A stretch of DNA of 63,249 nt, filler included, from Chiloscyllium plagiosum (GCF_004010195.1; 5 parts of one record of this genome joined end to end with filler, not necessarily neighbours in it), one strand, 5' to 3'; shown: positions 40,748 through 53,889, counted from the first letter of the whole stretch. Numbers and translations are program-made. Notes: a model not told the origin generated them from the letters alone.

Positions 40748-41576
40748 CCAAACCATCATCTTCCAGACCATACAGAACCTCATCACCTCAGGAGATCTCC
40801 CACCCACAGCTTCCAACCTCATAGTCCGGGAACCCCGCACTGCCCGGTTCTACCTCCTTCCCAAGATCCACAAGCCTGACCACCTTGGCTGACCCATTGT
40901 CTCAGCATGCTCCTGCCCCACTGAACTCAAATCTACCTACCTCGACACTGTCCTATCCCCCCTAGTCCAGGAACCCCCCACATACGTTCGAGACACCACC
41001 CACGCCCTCCACCTCCTCCAAGACTTCCGTTTCCCCAGCACCCAAAGCCTCATCTTCACCATAGACATCCAATTCCTCTACACCTCCATCTGCCATGACC
41101 AGGGCCTCCAAGCCCTCCGTTTCTTCCTCCCCCGACATCCCCAACAGTACCCTTCCACCAACACTCATTCGTTTGGCCGAACTGGCCCTCACCCTTAACA
41201 ATTTCTCCTTNNNNNNNNNNNNNNNNNNNNNNNNNNNNNNNNNNNNNNNNNNNNTTAATTAATTAANNNNNNNNNNNNNNNNNNNNNNNNNNNNNNNNNN
41301 NNNNNNNNNNTCTCCTTTTCCACCTATCCACTCCACCCTCTCCTCCCTGACCTATCACTTTCATCCCCTCCCCCACTCACCCATTGTACTCTATGCTACT
41401 TTCTCCCCACCCCTACCCTCCGCTAGCTTATCTCTCCACGCTTCAGGCTCACTGCCTTTATTCCTGATGAAGGGCGATTTCGAAGCTCCTTGGATGCTGC
41501 CTGAACTGCTGTGCTCTTCCAGCACCACTAATCCAGAATCTGGTTTCCAGCATCTGCAGTCATTGTTTTTACCTCT
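40748..41576 (+). mobile_element. Penelope insertion spanning assembly gap 3, inside the ERV nucleocapsid
   Basis: RT ([11 protein letters not shown]...[11 protein letters not shown]) left of the gap and a CTGATGA-bearing tail right of it. The flanks rejoin into a CCHC knuckle. Confidence 0.85.
41211..41310. other. Assembly gap with six-frame-stop linker
   Basis: 44N-TTAATTAATTAA-44N. Confidence 0.98.
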
Positions 41577-41623
41577 ACAATTAAAACAGCCCTAAGAGGG
41601 GCCCCTTGGCCACGCCCACAACT

Positions 41624-41893
41624 ATAGAACATAGAACATAGAAAAATACAGCGCAGTACAGGCCCTTTGGCCCTCGATGTTGCGCCGATCCAAGCCCACC
41701 GAACCTACACTAGCCCACTATCCTCCATATGCCTATCCAATACCCGTTTAAATGCCCATAAAGAGGGAGAGTCCACCACTGCTACTGGCAGGGCATTCCA
41801 TGAACTCACGACTCATTGAGTAAAGAATCTACCCCTAACATCTGTCCTATACCTACCAACCCTTAATTTAAAGCTATGCCTCCTCGTAATAGT
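41624..41893 (-). mobile_element. CR1 3' fragment inserted in ERV gag
   Basis: (ATAGAAC)n tail. The gag frame resumes on either side. Confidence 0.8.
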
Positions 41894-44198
41894 TGATGGT
41901 CTCGAATGGGTGCAGGACCACTACTATAACGCACGGATAATAGTTGGGTAGCCTCCTCTTGAACTATAAATTCTGACTTTCCGCGGGTTGGAGCTCTGTC
42001 TTCACTCTGATGTTTCCATAAAGCCTTAATAGAATGACGGAGTTGATTAGGATTGGCTTCAACCAAGTCCAGGTTGTTTGTCTTAACTGCTGTGGCGACA
42101 GAGTGTAGCAAAAAGTTTAATTACATGGAGTTATATTGAGTATTGACAACATTGAAATTCCAAGCCCTGTCCCCAGAGTAGGATTCATAGCATTCTCTAA
42201 AGCGTTCAAGGAAATCTTCAGCAGACTTCTTATTTTTAGGGCGAAATCCAAGGATGCGAGTAAGATCGAGTAAGAATTGCGAATAAGAACGAGGTTTTGC
42301 TAGTATGGCGGATGCATTAGCAAGGATATAGTCTTGTCGCTGCTGATCTTGAGCTACAGCGTTAGAGAGAGCAGCAAAATTATTGTGACCAATGCTTTCA
42401 GTAAAACAGGCATATTTACAGCAGGTGAGGACTTGTTGAAGAAGGACCAAAGGTCCTGGCATTGCCATCATAAACTTTAACGGCTGAGGAGCCTTGTGGC
42501 GGTCCAATGCATTACTGAGAATGGGCATAATTTTATGGGGCTTCCAGGGACAATAGACACGGATAGTGGCGTTTTGACTGGGAGCGCCAGCCTATGGGTT
42601 TGGTAGTTCTCTCATAGGGAACATGCCTAATGCAGGTATTTCATTTCCAGTGTTCTCAGAAGAGGAACTCAAAGGGGTTTCTGATCGTTGAACGAGTTGT
42701 TTGTTAGAAGATTGGTGAAACCTTGATTTCCATTGACCATGTGTCTTCCAATCAACAGACAGTGACTTGGGGAGGGGGTGGGGGGACAGGCGTGGCTACG
42801 GCAGCAGCACATGTCTTAGGTCAAGCTGCAGCTGCCGAGCTAACAGTAACCTGGGGAATGGGAGAAAGAGCAACATTTGCAGCATGAAAACCAGGCATGG
42901 AGAACACAGGGGTAGGCTGCATGGGAACAACAGGAATTTGAGGATGAGGTGGAACAACAGTTTGATATGCAAGAGGTTGAACAGTCTTTGGGGAAGCGGT
43001 TAGGGCAGGGGCCGCGTGGGGCTCTGGACTTGCTGATCCGGCAGGGGCTGGAATAACAGGGGATGCATTAGGATGCACTTGTGAGTTAGGCAGAGGTGGT
43101 CAAAGTGGCGGCGGTGCAGGGCACAGGTAGGAACACCAATCATCTAAATCTGAATTTTCATTGTCTCCCGTGCCTAAACCAAAGCCAGCCATCGAACTGT
43201 ACAGTTCTTTTCGTTTATTAGTCACTTGTGACTTTTCCTTTTGTTTCTGTTGACGTTTAACTTGAGCACATTCATTATTGAGGACCTCAATAGATTTCAT
43301 GGTACCATCATTAGTTAATTCAATTCCCAATTTAGTGGCAGTATCCTGCCATGAGCATAAAACTGATTCTTTGTGGCTTCCATCACAGAATTGCTGCCAC
43401 AGTCTAATTAATTCTTTCATTTCAGAGCCCATGTTTTGTTGCTAGATCAATTGCTGGGCTGATTTAACATTTAGGGCCACCTAGTGGCCATTGCTCATTA
43501 ACCAATGTCTTGTTGAAGGCGCCAGAAAGTTTCCGCAGACTTTCAGACTTCTCTGGAAACCTCTCATACATTTTTACCAATGGTGAAGATGGATCTTCTG
43601 TCTGGTCTATATTATTACCCATCTTAAACAATCTTCCTCTTATGGTCCCGACTCAAAACCTCTCCTGTTTAACAGCCCGTCAACACACAACAACCTGCCG
43701 ACTTCCGCAAACCCTTCTCAACTTTCCAAAACCCTCAAGACTCCCGTTATAATGTACTGCGATACTTCCTTATTTCACAGAACAGTTTCGGTATCAATTT
43801 AGACAGTGCCAATCCCACCGAATTACAGTCTCCCGACTCTGAGAAGGTCTCCAATCTTTCTTTTTAGGGTCCCCAACCGTATTCGGATCCCCGATCCACC
43901 TCTCAACTCTGTGCTGAGATCTCCGATTTGAGGTGGAGTCCCCAACTCCGTAAAGGTCCTTGATCTTCTCTTTTCTCCTTTCTTTCTTCCCCTTTTTTTA
44001 GGGTCCCGACCCTATTATTACCAAGACCGATCCTTTACGGGCTGGACTGAGACAGCGAGGGGTCAGGTCAACCATTGCTTGAATGAGAGGAAAACCAAAC
44101 GGATATGAAATACTCATGTCTGGCTGGCTGATACCTCAACACTCAATAGTGGAGGACTCGAGGCTCTTACACTGCTGTCCACAATCCATCCGTACCAT

Positions 44199-44216
44199 AT
44201 CCGAGTCACGGCACCA
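44199..44216 (-). promoter_or_regulatory. Retroviral primer binding site, tRNA-His
   Basis: TGGTGCCGTGACTCGGAT is the complement of the 3' 18 nt of vertebrate tRNA-His(GUG). It lies 2 nt after an LTR-type ...TTCA end. Confidence 0.92.
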
Positions 44217-44218
44217 GA

Positions 44219-45908
44219 TGAAGATCTCGACCCACGGGAGGGGTCCTTCAGTTCCACGATTGGTCAAATAAACGCTAGCAATTTGGTCTAGCTCTGCAAG
44301 ATTTCACACTTTATTATCACGGCCGGGCTCAGGTTGTCCAGCAACACAGAGGTCAAACACTTTGACAGTCATCGAGTCATAGAGATGTACAACATGGAAA
44401 CAGACCCTTCAGTCCAACCCATCCATGCCGACCAGATCGCTCAACCCAATCTAGTCCCACCTGCTAGCACCCGGTCCATATCCCACTAAACCCTTCCTAT
44501 TCATATACCCATCCAAATGACTCTTCAATACTGCAATTGAACCAGCCTCCACCACTTCCTCTGGCAGCTCATTCCATACACGTACCACCCTCTGTGTGAA
44601 AAAGTTGCCCCGTAGGTCTCTTTTATATCTTTCCCCTCTCACCCTAAACCTATGCCCTCTAGTTCTGAACTCCCCGACCCCAGGGAAAAGACTTTGCCTA
44701 TTTACCCTATCCATGCCCCTCATAATTTTGTAAACCTCTATAAGGTCACCCCTCAGCCTCCGACGCTCCAGGGAAAACAGCCCCAGCCTGTTCAGCCTCT
44801 CCCTATAGCTCAAATCCTCCAACCCTGGCAACATCCTTGTAATCTTTTCTGAACCCTTTCAAGTTTCACAACATCTTTCCGAAAGGAAGGAGACCAGAAT
44901 TGCACGCAGTATTCCAACAGTGGCCTAACCAATATCCTGTACAGCCACAACATGACCTCCCAACCCCTGTACTCATTACTCTGAACAATAAAGGAAAGCA
45001 TACCAAACGCCTTCTTCACTATCATTTCTACCTGTGACTCCACTTTCAAGGAGCTATGAACCTGCACTCCAAGGTGTCTTTGTTCAGCAACATCCCTCGG
45101 ACCTTACGGTTAAGTCTATAAGTCCTGCTAAGATTTGCTTTCCCAAAATGCAGCACCTTGCATTTATCTGAATTAAACTCCATCTGCCACTTCTCAGTCC
45201 ATTGGCCCATCTGATCAAGATCCTGTTGTAATCTGAGAAAACCCTCTTCACTGTCCACTACACCTCCAATTATAGTGTCATCTGCAAACTTACTGACTGT
45301 ACCTCTTATGCTCGCATCCAAATCATTTATGTAAATGACAAAAAGTAGAGGACCCAGCACCGATCCTTGTGGCCCTCCACTGGTCACAAGCCTCCAATCT
45401 GAAAAACAACCCTCCACCACCACCCTCTGTCTTCTATCTTTGAGCCAGTTCTGTATCCAAATGACTTCTGCGTTCCTTAGAGAAACTGTGCAAATGGCTG
45501 AAAACAAAGACAATTTTTATATTGTTCTTAAGGAATAGTACAGCCTTAATTACAGAGCGATTCCAATAATACGTAATAAAATGACATTATAGACATAAGG
45601 TTAAGCCAATGACATTTCCTGGGAACTAACTTTGTTTTGCACATTTTATCTCTCGGCACCAAGGTTAGCTAAGATGGTTAGTAATGTCCTATGTAGCTTA
45701 GTTAATTCCATACTGTGAAGGAAGCATTGTCTGCTAATCTTTGATTTAGTTAGTTCAGGAATACAGCTTTTAGCAGGGTTAAAAGCTATTTTAAACAGAA
45801 TTGTCAGTTTGCAGCCTAGAAGTTATTTTGTTGTGTCACTTTATGTTACTCGCATTAAGAAGCCTTTTGTTGTTAGTAAGGGCATGTATTAAATGGTTGC
45901 ACCTGACA
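44219..45908 (-). repeat. ERV 5' LTR, split by a CR1 insertion at 44369-45463
   Basis: Ends in CA next to the PBS. Minus-strand AATAAA at 44310-44315 and TATAAAA at ~45515-45521. Putative TGTCAGG start at 45908 is uncertain. Confidence 0.65.
44369..45463 (-). mobile_element. Young CR1/HER1 inserted in the ERV LTR
   Basis: PQGSVLGPLLFVIYINDL, SKFADDT through to the tail. Confidence 0.93.
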
Positions 45909-46091
45909 ACAGCCTAAACCCAGATTTTAGATCCTCAGATCTGGGTGGGTTACTCTTCAGGGAGTCAGTGTGGACTTGTTGGGCTCAAGGGCCTGTTTCC
46001 ACACTGTAGAGATTCTATGGTCTTTAAGGAGCCCTATTTGCTCTCTTGCTCCTCATGGATTTGTAGAATCTCTTATATTTTCTTTCTTTTA

Positions 46092-46421
46092 GGCGGCACC
46101 GTGGCTTAGGAGTTAACACTGTTGCCTCAAAGCGCCAGGGACCAGGGTTTGATTCCAGCTTTATGCGAGTGTCTATGTGGTGTTTGCATATTCTCCTGCT
46201 GTCTGTGTAGGGTTCCTCCAGGTGCTCTGGTTTCCCCCCACAGTCCAAAAGTTGTGCAGGTTAGGTGAATTGGCCATGCTAAATTGTCCATAGTGTTCAG
46301 GAATATGTAGGTTAGGTGCATTCATCAGGGTTAATGTAGAGTATTATGGTAGGGGAATGGGTGAGAGGCTCTTTAGAGGGTCGGTGTGAACTTGTTGGAC
46401 CAAAGGGCCTGTTTCCACACT
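46092..46421 (+). mobile_element. HE1-type V-SINE
   Basis: Same consensus, diverged. Confidence 0.85.
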
Positions 46422-46655
46422 TTGAAAACTTAAATCAGATATTCTCTCAGCCTTCTTTTCTCCAAAGAAAATAGCGCTAATTTTTTTCAATGTTTTTCTC
46501 ACTGAAGTTCCTCACTGAAATTCCTCCTTATGAATCCATTCAGCACTCTCTTCAATGTCTTCACATCCTTCCTCAAGGGTGGTGTTCAGAATTCGATGCA
46601 ATACTTCAGCTGAGGCTGACCTAGTGTCTGAATAAAGTTCAACATAACGTGGAGC

Positions 46656-48382
46656 CACAGAGTCATATTGCACGGAAACAGACCCTTCAGTCCCTGCTAG
46701 AACTCTTTGGGAAGCCAGAGAAGTGATTGCTGGGCCCCTTGCTGAGATATTTGTATCATTGATAGTCACAGGTGAGGTGCCAGAAGTCTGGAGGTTGGCT
46801 AACGTGGTACCAATATTTAAAAAAGGTGATAAGGACAAACCAGGAACCTATAAACCGGTGAGTCTGACATCAGTTGTGAGCAGGTTGTTGGTGAGAATCC
46901 GGAGGGACAGGATTTACACATAAATTACACTTTTGGAATATTGCGTGCATTTCTGGTCTCCTTCCTATGGGAAGGATTTTGTGAAACTTGAAAGGGTTCA
47001 GAGAAGAATTACAAAGGTTGCCAGGGTTGGAGGATTTGAGCTATAAGGAGAGGCTGAATAGGCTGGGGCTGTTTTCCCTGGAGCATAGTAGGCTGAGGGG
47101 TGACCTTATAGAAGTTTATAAAATCATGAGGGGCAAGGATAGGATAAATAGACAAGACCTTTTCCCTGGGGTAGGGGAGTCCAGAACTAGAGAGTATAGG
47201 TTTAGGGTGAGAGGGAAAAGGTATAAAAGGCTTCTGAGGGGCAACCTTTTCATGCTGAGAGTGGTGTGTGTATGGAATGAGCTGCCAGAGGAAGTGGTAC
47301 AGACTGGTACATTTGCAACATTTAAAATGCATCTGGATGGTTATATGAAAAGGAAGGGTTTAGGGGCCAAGTGCTGGCAAACGGGACTAGATTGGGTTGG
47401 ACTCGTGGTTGGCATGGACACGTTGGACTGAAGGGACTGTTTCCGTGCTGTATACCTCTTTAACTCTATGACTCTAAACACAATTCCAAACTAAACGAGT
47501 ACCACCTGCCTGTTGTTGGCCCATATCCCTTCAAACTTTTCCTATTCACATATCCATCCAAATGTCTCTTAAATGTTGAAATTGTATTCGTATTCAGCAC
47601 TTCCTCAGGAAGTTCATTCCACATGCAAATTATTTTCTGTGTAAAAAATTTGCATGTTATGTCTTTTTTAAATCTCTCTCCTCTCACCTTAAAAATGTGG
47701 CCCTGAGTCTTGAAATTCCCCATCTGGGGAAATGCCAACTACCATCAACTCTATCTCTACCTCTCATTATTTTCTAAACTTCGATTAGGTCACATCTCAA
47801 CCTCCTATGCTCCAGTGAAAAAAGTCCCAGCCTATCTAGCTTTTCTTTATAACTCAAACCTTCCATACCTGTCAACATCCTGGTAAATCTCTTCTGAACA
47901 CACTCCAGCTTGATAATATCGGTCCTGTAACTAGGCAACCAGATCTGCACACAGCATTCCAAAACAGGCTTCACCAATGGCCTGTACAATCTCAACATAT
48001 TGTCCAGACACCTATACTGATCAATGAAGGCAAGCGTGCCATAAGACCATAAGACATAGGAATGGAAGTAAGGCCATTTGGCCCATCGAGTCCACTCCGC
48101 CATTCAATCATGGCTGATTGGCATTTCAACTCCACTTACCCGCATTCTCCCCATAGCCCTTAATTCCTTGTGACATCAAGAATTTATCAATCTCTGCCTT
48201 GAAGACATTTAGTGTCCGGCCTCCACTGCACTCCGCGGCAATGAATTCCACAGGCCCATCACTCTCTGGCTGAAGAAATGTCTCCGCATTTCTGTTCAGA
48301 ATTTACCCCCTTTAATTCTAAGGCTGTGTCCACGGGTCCTAGTCTCCTCGCCTAACGGAAACAATTTCCTAGCGTCCACCCT
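46656..48382. mobile_element. CR1 cluster (46693-47465 +; 47466-48040 -; 48040-48382 -)
   Basis: WRLANVVPIFKKG..YKPVSLTS, RGDLIEVYK, and three tails. Confidence 0.85.
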
Positions 48383-48482
48383 NNNNNNNNNNNNNNNNNN
48401 NNNNNNNNNNNNNNNNNNNNNNNNNNTTAATTAATTAANNNNNNNNNNNNNNNNNNNNNNNNNNNNNNNNNNNNNNNNNNNN
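48383..48482. other. Assembly gap with six-frame-stop linker
   Basis: 44N-TTAATTAATTAA-44N. Confidence 0.98.
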
Positions 48483-48832
48483 AGACACGGTCCGAGACGT
48501 CTCGGACCCTGGCACCCGGGAGACAATAAACCATCCGAGAGTCTCGCCCCTGTCCACAGAACCGCCTGTCCGTCCCTCCAACTAGAGAGTCTCCTATAAC
48601 TAGCACTCTCCTCCTCTCCCCCTTTCCCTTCTGAGTCTCAGAGCCAGACCTTGCGCCACAGACTCGGTCACTGCAGCTTACCCCTGCTAGGCCCTCCCCC
48701 CCAACAGTATCCAAAGCGGTATACTTATTGTTTAGGGGAATGACCACAGGGGATCCCTGCACTGCCTGCTTCCTCCCCTTCCCACCTCTAACTGTTACCC
48801 AGCTACCTCTGTTCTCTGGCGTAGCTATGTCC
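48483..48832 (-). mobile_element. CR1 ORF1 (SGNH esterase domain) fragment
   Basis: RRVLVIGDSLV...MVYCLPGARVRDVSDRV. Confidence 0.88.
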
Positions 48833-49029
48833 CATGATTATCATCCATTTCCTTTCCTTTCGTTGTTCACATTTCCTCCTCTCCATCATTGACATTTATG
48901 TTTCTCTCTTTCATTGCTCTATGTTTTCCCTATTCATTCTCCCCTTCCATTGACATCTAATCCCAGCACCCATTCTGTCTTGCTTCTACTGGAATCTGGC
49001 TGCCAATCTCGACAATTGGCTCTTCTTGA

Positions 49030-49416
<387 letters not shown>

Positions 49417-49677
49417 TAATCGAAGTTTGAAGTTTGATGCCGAACACGTAGCCACCTTCACAGCAATGATTTCTCAGCTGCAATTCACCATTCTTGATGA
49501 AGGGCTTATGCCCGAAATCCTGCTCCTCGGTTGCTGCCTGACCGGCTGTGCTTTTCCAGCGCCACACTTTTCATCTCTGGTCTCCAGCATCTGTAGTCAT
49601 CACATTCTTCCTGCAATTCACCGTTTGTCAGCAGAGATGAATTCAGCAATCTGAAGTGAAGATTTTGCCTTTTCAGC

Positions 49678-49983
49678 AAGGTGGCATTGTAGCTCAATGG
49701 TTAGCATTGCGACCTCACAGTGCCAGGGACCCAGGTTCAATTCCAGCCTTTGGTGACTGTGTAGAGATTACACATTCTCCCTGTGTCTGCATGGATTTCC
49801 TCTGAATCCTCTGGTTTCCTCCCACAGTCCAAAGCAAATGCAGGTTAGGTGGATTGGCCATGCTAAAATGCTTTAGTGTGCAGGATTGGTTGTTTAGGTA
49901 GGGGAGGGGAAGTGGATCTGTGTCAGATGCTCTTCGGAGGGTCAAGTGTGGACTTGATGGGCTGAATGGCCTGCTTCCACACT
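49678..49983 (+). mobile_element. HE1-type V-SINE
   Basis: Same consensus, diverged. Confidence 0.8.
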
Positions 49984-50571
49984 CGAGCAATTCATTGATT
50001 TCACCTGGTTCAGCAGTATCATTATCCTAGCTGGGTTTTTAAGTCTATACAAACAAATGGATTAAAATGGTGACATCTCTGGTCATTATGCTTCAGATCT
50101 ATGCTGACCAATTTCTAATGATAATGGCAACGGTGGGAGAAACAAATACAATAAAAGAGGAATGAAAGTCTGGGATTTTTCCAGAACTTTTCAGGACATC
50201 CTAAAGTATCTCACAATTGATGGAGTTGACTGAGGTAGAGGAAACGTGATGACCATTTTGTGCACAGGAAGCTCCCACAAAGACCAGTAGGCAACTGCAA
50301 AACCTTCCAAATATATTTGTTAAAGGATAAATATTGGCTGGTGCACCAAAGATAAGTCCCCTTCTTCTCTTTGAAATAATCCTACAGGATTTTTTCAATG
50401 CGCCTGAGAAGACAGACAGTGCTTTGGTTTAATGTCTCATCCGAAAGATGGAACCTTTGCCCAAACTTTGATCAGCTTCTGATTTAGAGGTGAAAGTGTT
50501 AAATGTCGAGCTGTGACTGACAAAGCACATAAATTTGGTGTGTCACTGCCAAGTTGAAAAGATTGAATTCC

Positions 50572-52410
50572 TTGTCACAATGGACATTCCAGCATCCCCC
50601 ACAATGATGACATCGCTGCAACTGCCTCTGTACTCAACACCAATAACTGCCAATCTCCGAGCACAGTCCTACAACTCATCCACTTTATCCTCGATCACAA
50701 CGTCTTCACCTTTGACAACCAGTTCTTCATCCAGACACATGCCACAGGGACCAAATTTACACCCAATATGCCAACATTTTCATGCACAGGTTTGAACAAG
50801 ACTTCTTCTCTACACAGGACCTCCAACCAACACTATACACCAGGTACATTGATGACATTTTCTTCCTCTGGACCATGGAGCGGAGTCACTGAAAAAACTA
50901 CACAGTGATATCAACGAGTTTCATCCCACCATCAAACTCACCATGGACTACTCTCTACTATCTGTCTCATTCTTGGACACATGCATCTTCATCAAGGATG
51001 GGCACCTCAGCACCACACTCTACTGCAAACTCACGGATAACCTCACAATGCTACACTTCTCCAGCTTCCACCCGAAACGTACTAAAACAGCCATTCCTTA
51101 TGGACAAGCCCAATGCATATACAGGATCTGTTCAGGTGAGGAGGAATATGATGGGCACTTGGAAGTACTCAGGGATGCCCTCATATGAACAGGGTACAAT
51201 GCTCAACTCATGAACCCCAGTTCTGATGTGCCACAGCAAGGAACCGTAATTACCTCCACAGGAGACAGACACGTGCTGCAACCGACAGGGTACCCTTCAT
51301 TGTCCAGTACTTCCCAGGAGCCGAAAAACTACGCCATGTTCTTCGCAGCCTGCAACACATTATCAGTGAGGATGAGCACCTCGCCAAGATCTTCCCCGCA
51401 CCTCCACTTTTCGCCTTTAAACAGCCACCAAACCTCAAGCAGATCATTGTTCGTAGCAAACTGCCCAGCTCTCAGGACAATACCATACAACCTTGTCACG
51501 GTAGACACTGCAAGATGTGTCAGAGTGTCGACATGGGTACCACCATTACACGTAGGGACACCTCCCACCATGTATGTGGCAGGTACTCATACAACTCAGC
51601 CAACGTTGTCTATCTCATACACTGCAGATAAGGATGCCCTGAGGCATGGTACATTGCGAGTCAAAACAGACGCTACAGCAATGGATGAATGGATACTGTG
51701 GAACAATCAACAGACAGGAGTATTCCCTCTTAGTCGGAGAACACTTCAGCAGTCCGGGACATTTGACCTCTGACCTTCAGGTGACTGTCCTCCAAGGTGG
51801 ACTTCGGGACAGGCAACAACGAAAAGTGGCCAAGCAGAGGCTGATAGCCAAGTTTTTGGCCCATGGGGATGGCCTCAATCAGGACCTTGGGTTCATGTCA
51901 CACTACAGGTGACTCTATTGCACTACATACACACACACAAACACACGAACACACTCAGACCCTCTCTCATACACTCACACATACACTTCTGCATGAATCC
52001 ATGTAAGATTCTGTAAATCCGTTTTTTTAGATTAGAGTCAGTCTGACCATTGTGACACAGACAGCCTCACAGGGAGTTAACATTTTCAATATCTTATCTG
52101 GGCCGACATGATACCAATTGTTAAAGTGCACTTGAAAATGTAGCTTTTTTAAAAAGTTCTGCGATTTACATGTGAAAAAACTGATACCAACACGGTCATT
52201 CGAAAAGATGAGAGACTTAACAAACAATCTGGGTCTTTTTCAATATATAATTTCAGTTACATCAAACTGGAAACTTGGGCTATAAATTCTGTGTCTTACA
52301 ATCTTATTCTCCACAATCACCTGATGAAGGAGCAGCGCTCCGAAAGCTAATGCGGCCAAATAAACCTGTTGGACTATAACCTGGTGTTGTGTGATTTTTA
52401 ACTTTATCCT
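50572..52410 (+). mobile_element. Penelope-like element (RT + GIY-YIG + 3' end with hammerhead core) in the last RGN intron
   Basis: YANIFM, RYIDDIFF, VSFLDT, HPK..AIPYGQ, VYLIHC...WYI, HFSSPGH, GLNQDLG. CA-rich 3' UTR. CTGATGA...GAAA at 52321. Confidence 0.9.
52318..52353 (+). ncRNA. Minimal type I hammerhead ribozyme core (Penelope family B)
   Basis: cac-CUGAUGA-A-GGAGC(AGC)GCUCC-GAA-AGCU-A. The copy at 9759-9794 keeps the CAC/GUG helix I. Confidence 0.55.
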
Positions 52411-52646
52411 GTGATTAATACACAAATGTTGCTAGGGTGTGCAACCCAAGTACTTGCTACTTTAACTATTGTGAAACCCCAGGCTGGTCTAGATTGATTT
52501 ATCTTTCTAGGGTTTATCATTGATAAACTCAATGTGACTTTCCAACATTATTCACAGGATTGCTTCATTCAATGACAGATATTCATGACTTGAGTAATAT
52601 AAAAGAAGTTTTGAAATGAAAGTAACATGATATTTTCTTTCTCCAG

Positions 52647-52697
52647 GTTACTGGACTGGGTGTGAAGGGGATTCCACCGTATTCATATGCAGGATAG
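52647..52697 (+). CDS. RGN: Regucalcin last coding exon
   Basis: tttctttctccag|GTT ACT GGA...GGA TAG translates VTGLGVKGIPPYSYAG* (human ITGLGVKGIAPYSYAG*). Phase 0 fits the preceding exon. Confidence 0.95.
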   Translation, partial: VTGLGVKGIPPYSYAG

Positions 52698-52863
52698 AAT
52701 ATTTCCACTAGCAGAGAGACGCTATGAACTATAGTGGGGTTTGCAAATACAGCAAGAAATGTCGACAAAATAATACACGATTGACTGAAAAATGTATTTT
52801 TGTTTCTATTTCTCACATAAACTGCACAAATCTAAAGCTGGTCACTGTGGTGTCAATTCTCAG

Positions 52864-52869
52864 AATAAA
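52864..52869 (+). terminator. Candidate RGN poly(A) signal AATAAA
   Basis: AATAAA ~170 nt after the RGN stop, followed by T-rich sequence. Confidence 0.55.
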
Positions 52870-53046
52870 AGTATTCCTAACAATTCTATTTCTCTTTCAA
52901 TGGGTGTTGCACCTTTCTAACATTCTCAGTTTCTCACTGTAATCTCTCAGCTATCTGATGACTCATTTGATGGCCACCTCACATCAGATTTCAAAGGTTT
53001 TGGGTTCAAGTGCCACTCCATGCCTTTAGCATAGAACTCAAGATAT

Positions 53047-53643
53047 TACAGGTATGTACATCTATATACAGCTCTAGAAACCCGTGGGTAACCCGATTTG
53101 GAGTATTGTGAGCAAATCTGGGCACCACACCTTAGGAAGGATATACTGGCCTTGAAAGAAGTACAGTATACCGTTACAAGAATAATACCTGGACTTCAGC
53201 CGTGAAGTTATAGGAGAGATTAGATAACTTTGGCCTGTTTTCTCTAAAATTTAGATGGTTAAAGGATGATCTGATCAATATCTTCATCATAATTTCAGGA
53301 AAAGTCAGGGTAAATAAAGATATAATATTTCAACTGGTTGGGGATTCTAGAACTTGGGGCCATAGTCTAAAGATTTAGAGCCAGACCATTCAGGAGAGAT
53401 GTTAGTAAGCATTTCTACGCACAAAAAAGGAGGGTAGATGTTTGGAACTGTCTTCCACAACTAGCAGTGGATGCTGGATTGGTTGTAAATAATAAATCTG
53501 AGTTAGATACATTTTTGTTAAGCAAAGATATTATGGGTATGGGCGAAATGGAGGTATATGGAGTTAGGCACCAGATCAGATCACATCGAATGGAAGAACA
53601 GAGTCAAGGGGCCGAAAGCCCTCCTTCCATCCCTATGTTCCTA
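53047..53643 (+). mobile_element. CR1 fragment splitting a Deu-domain-like SINE (52960-53046 + 53644-53830)
   Basis: LEYCEQIWAPHLRKDILAL. The SINE halves flank it. Confidence 0.7.
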
Positions 53644-53889
53644 GAAGACTACATGCCCCAGTGCCATGCTGAGATAATACTGCACTGTCGGAGGGGTGCA
53701 ATGTTAGCTTTCGTGTTAAGCCTAGCTCCTGTCTGGACTGGCAATTGGAGGCAGAATATCCAGTGGTGCTATATTTATTGAGGAACAGGTAAGTTATCTC
53801 TGTTGTGCTGACCAATATTTGTATGCCATGGCTGGGGATACACTGAAATGGCTGCAGAATCTAGACCATGAGGGCCAGGTTTTTCTTCA

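Larger units (their letters stand above)
40496..43622 (-). pseudogene. gag: ERV gag (stops, frameshifts, two insertions)
   Basis: ATG GGT (Met-Gly) at 43622, Pro-rich linker, capsid MHR-like motif. CFNCGNPFHWAHDC is restored after removing 40748-41576. Ends NPFSQ-TGA. Confidence 0.85.
39360..45908 (-). mobile_element. Decayed epsilon-like (class I) endogenous retrovirus: 5' LTR, PBS, gag, pro, 2H domain, RT N-terminus; 3' truncated; three nested insertions
   Basis: PBS-His, Gag start MGNNIDQ...WPLGG, MHR-like KSAEDFLERFRECY, CCHC knuckle, protease FLIDTGA and G*DLL, RT YRVVQDLRAINAIV...VPNP. The LTR 5' boundary is approximate. Confidence 0.9.
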
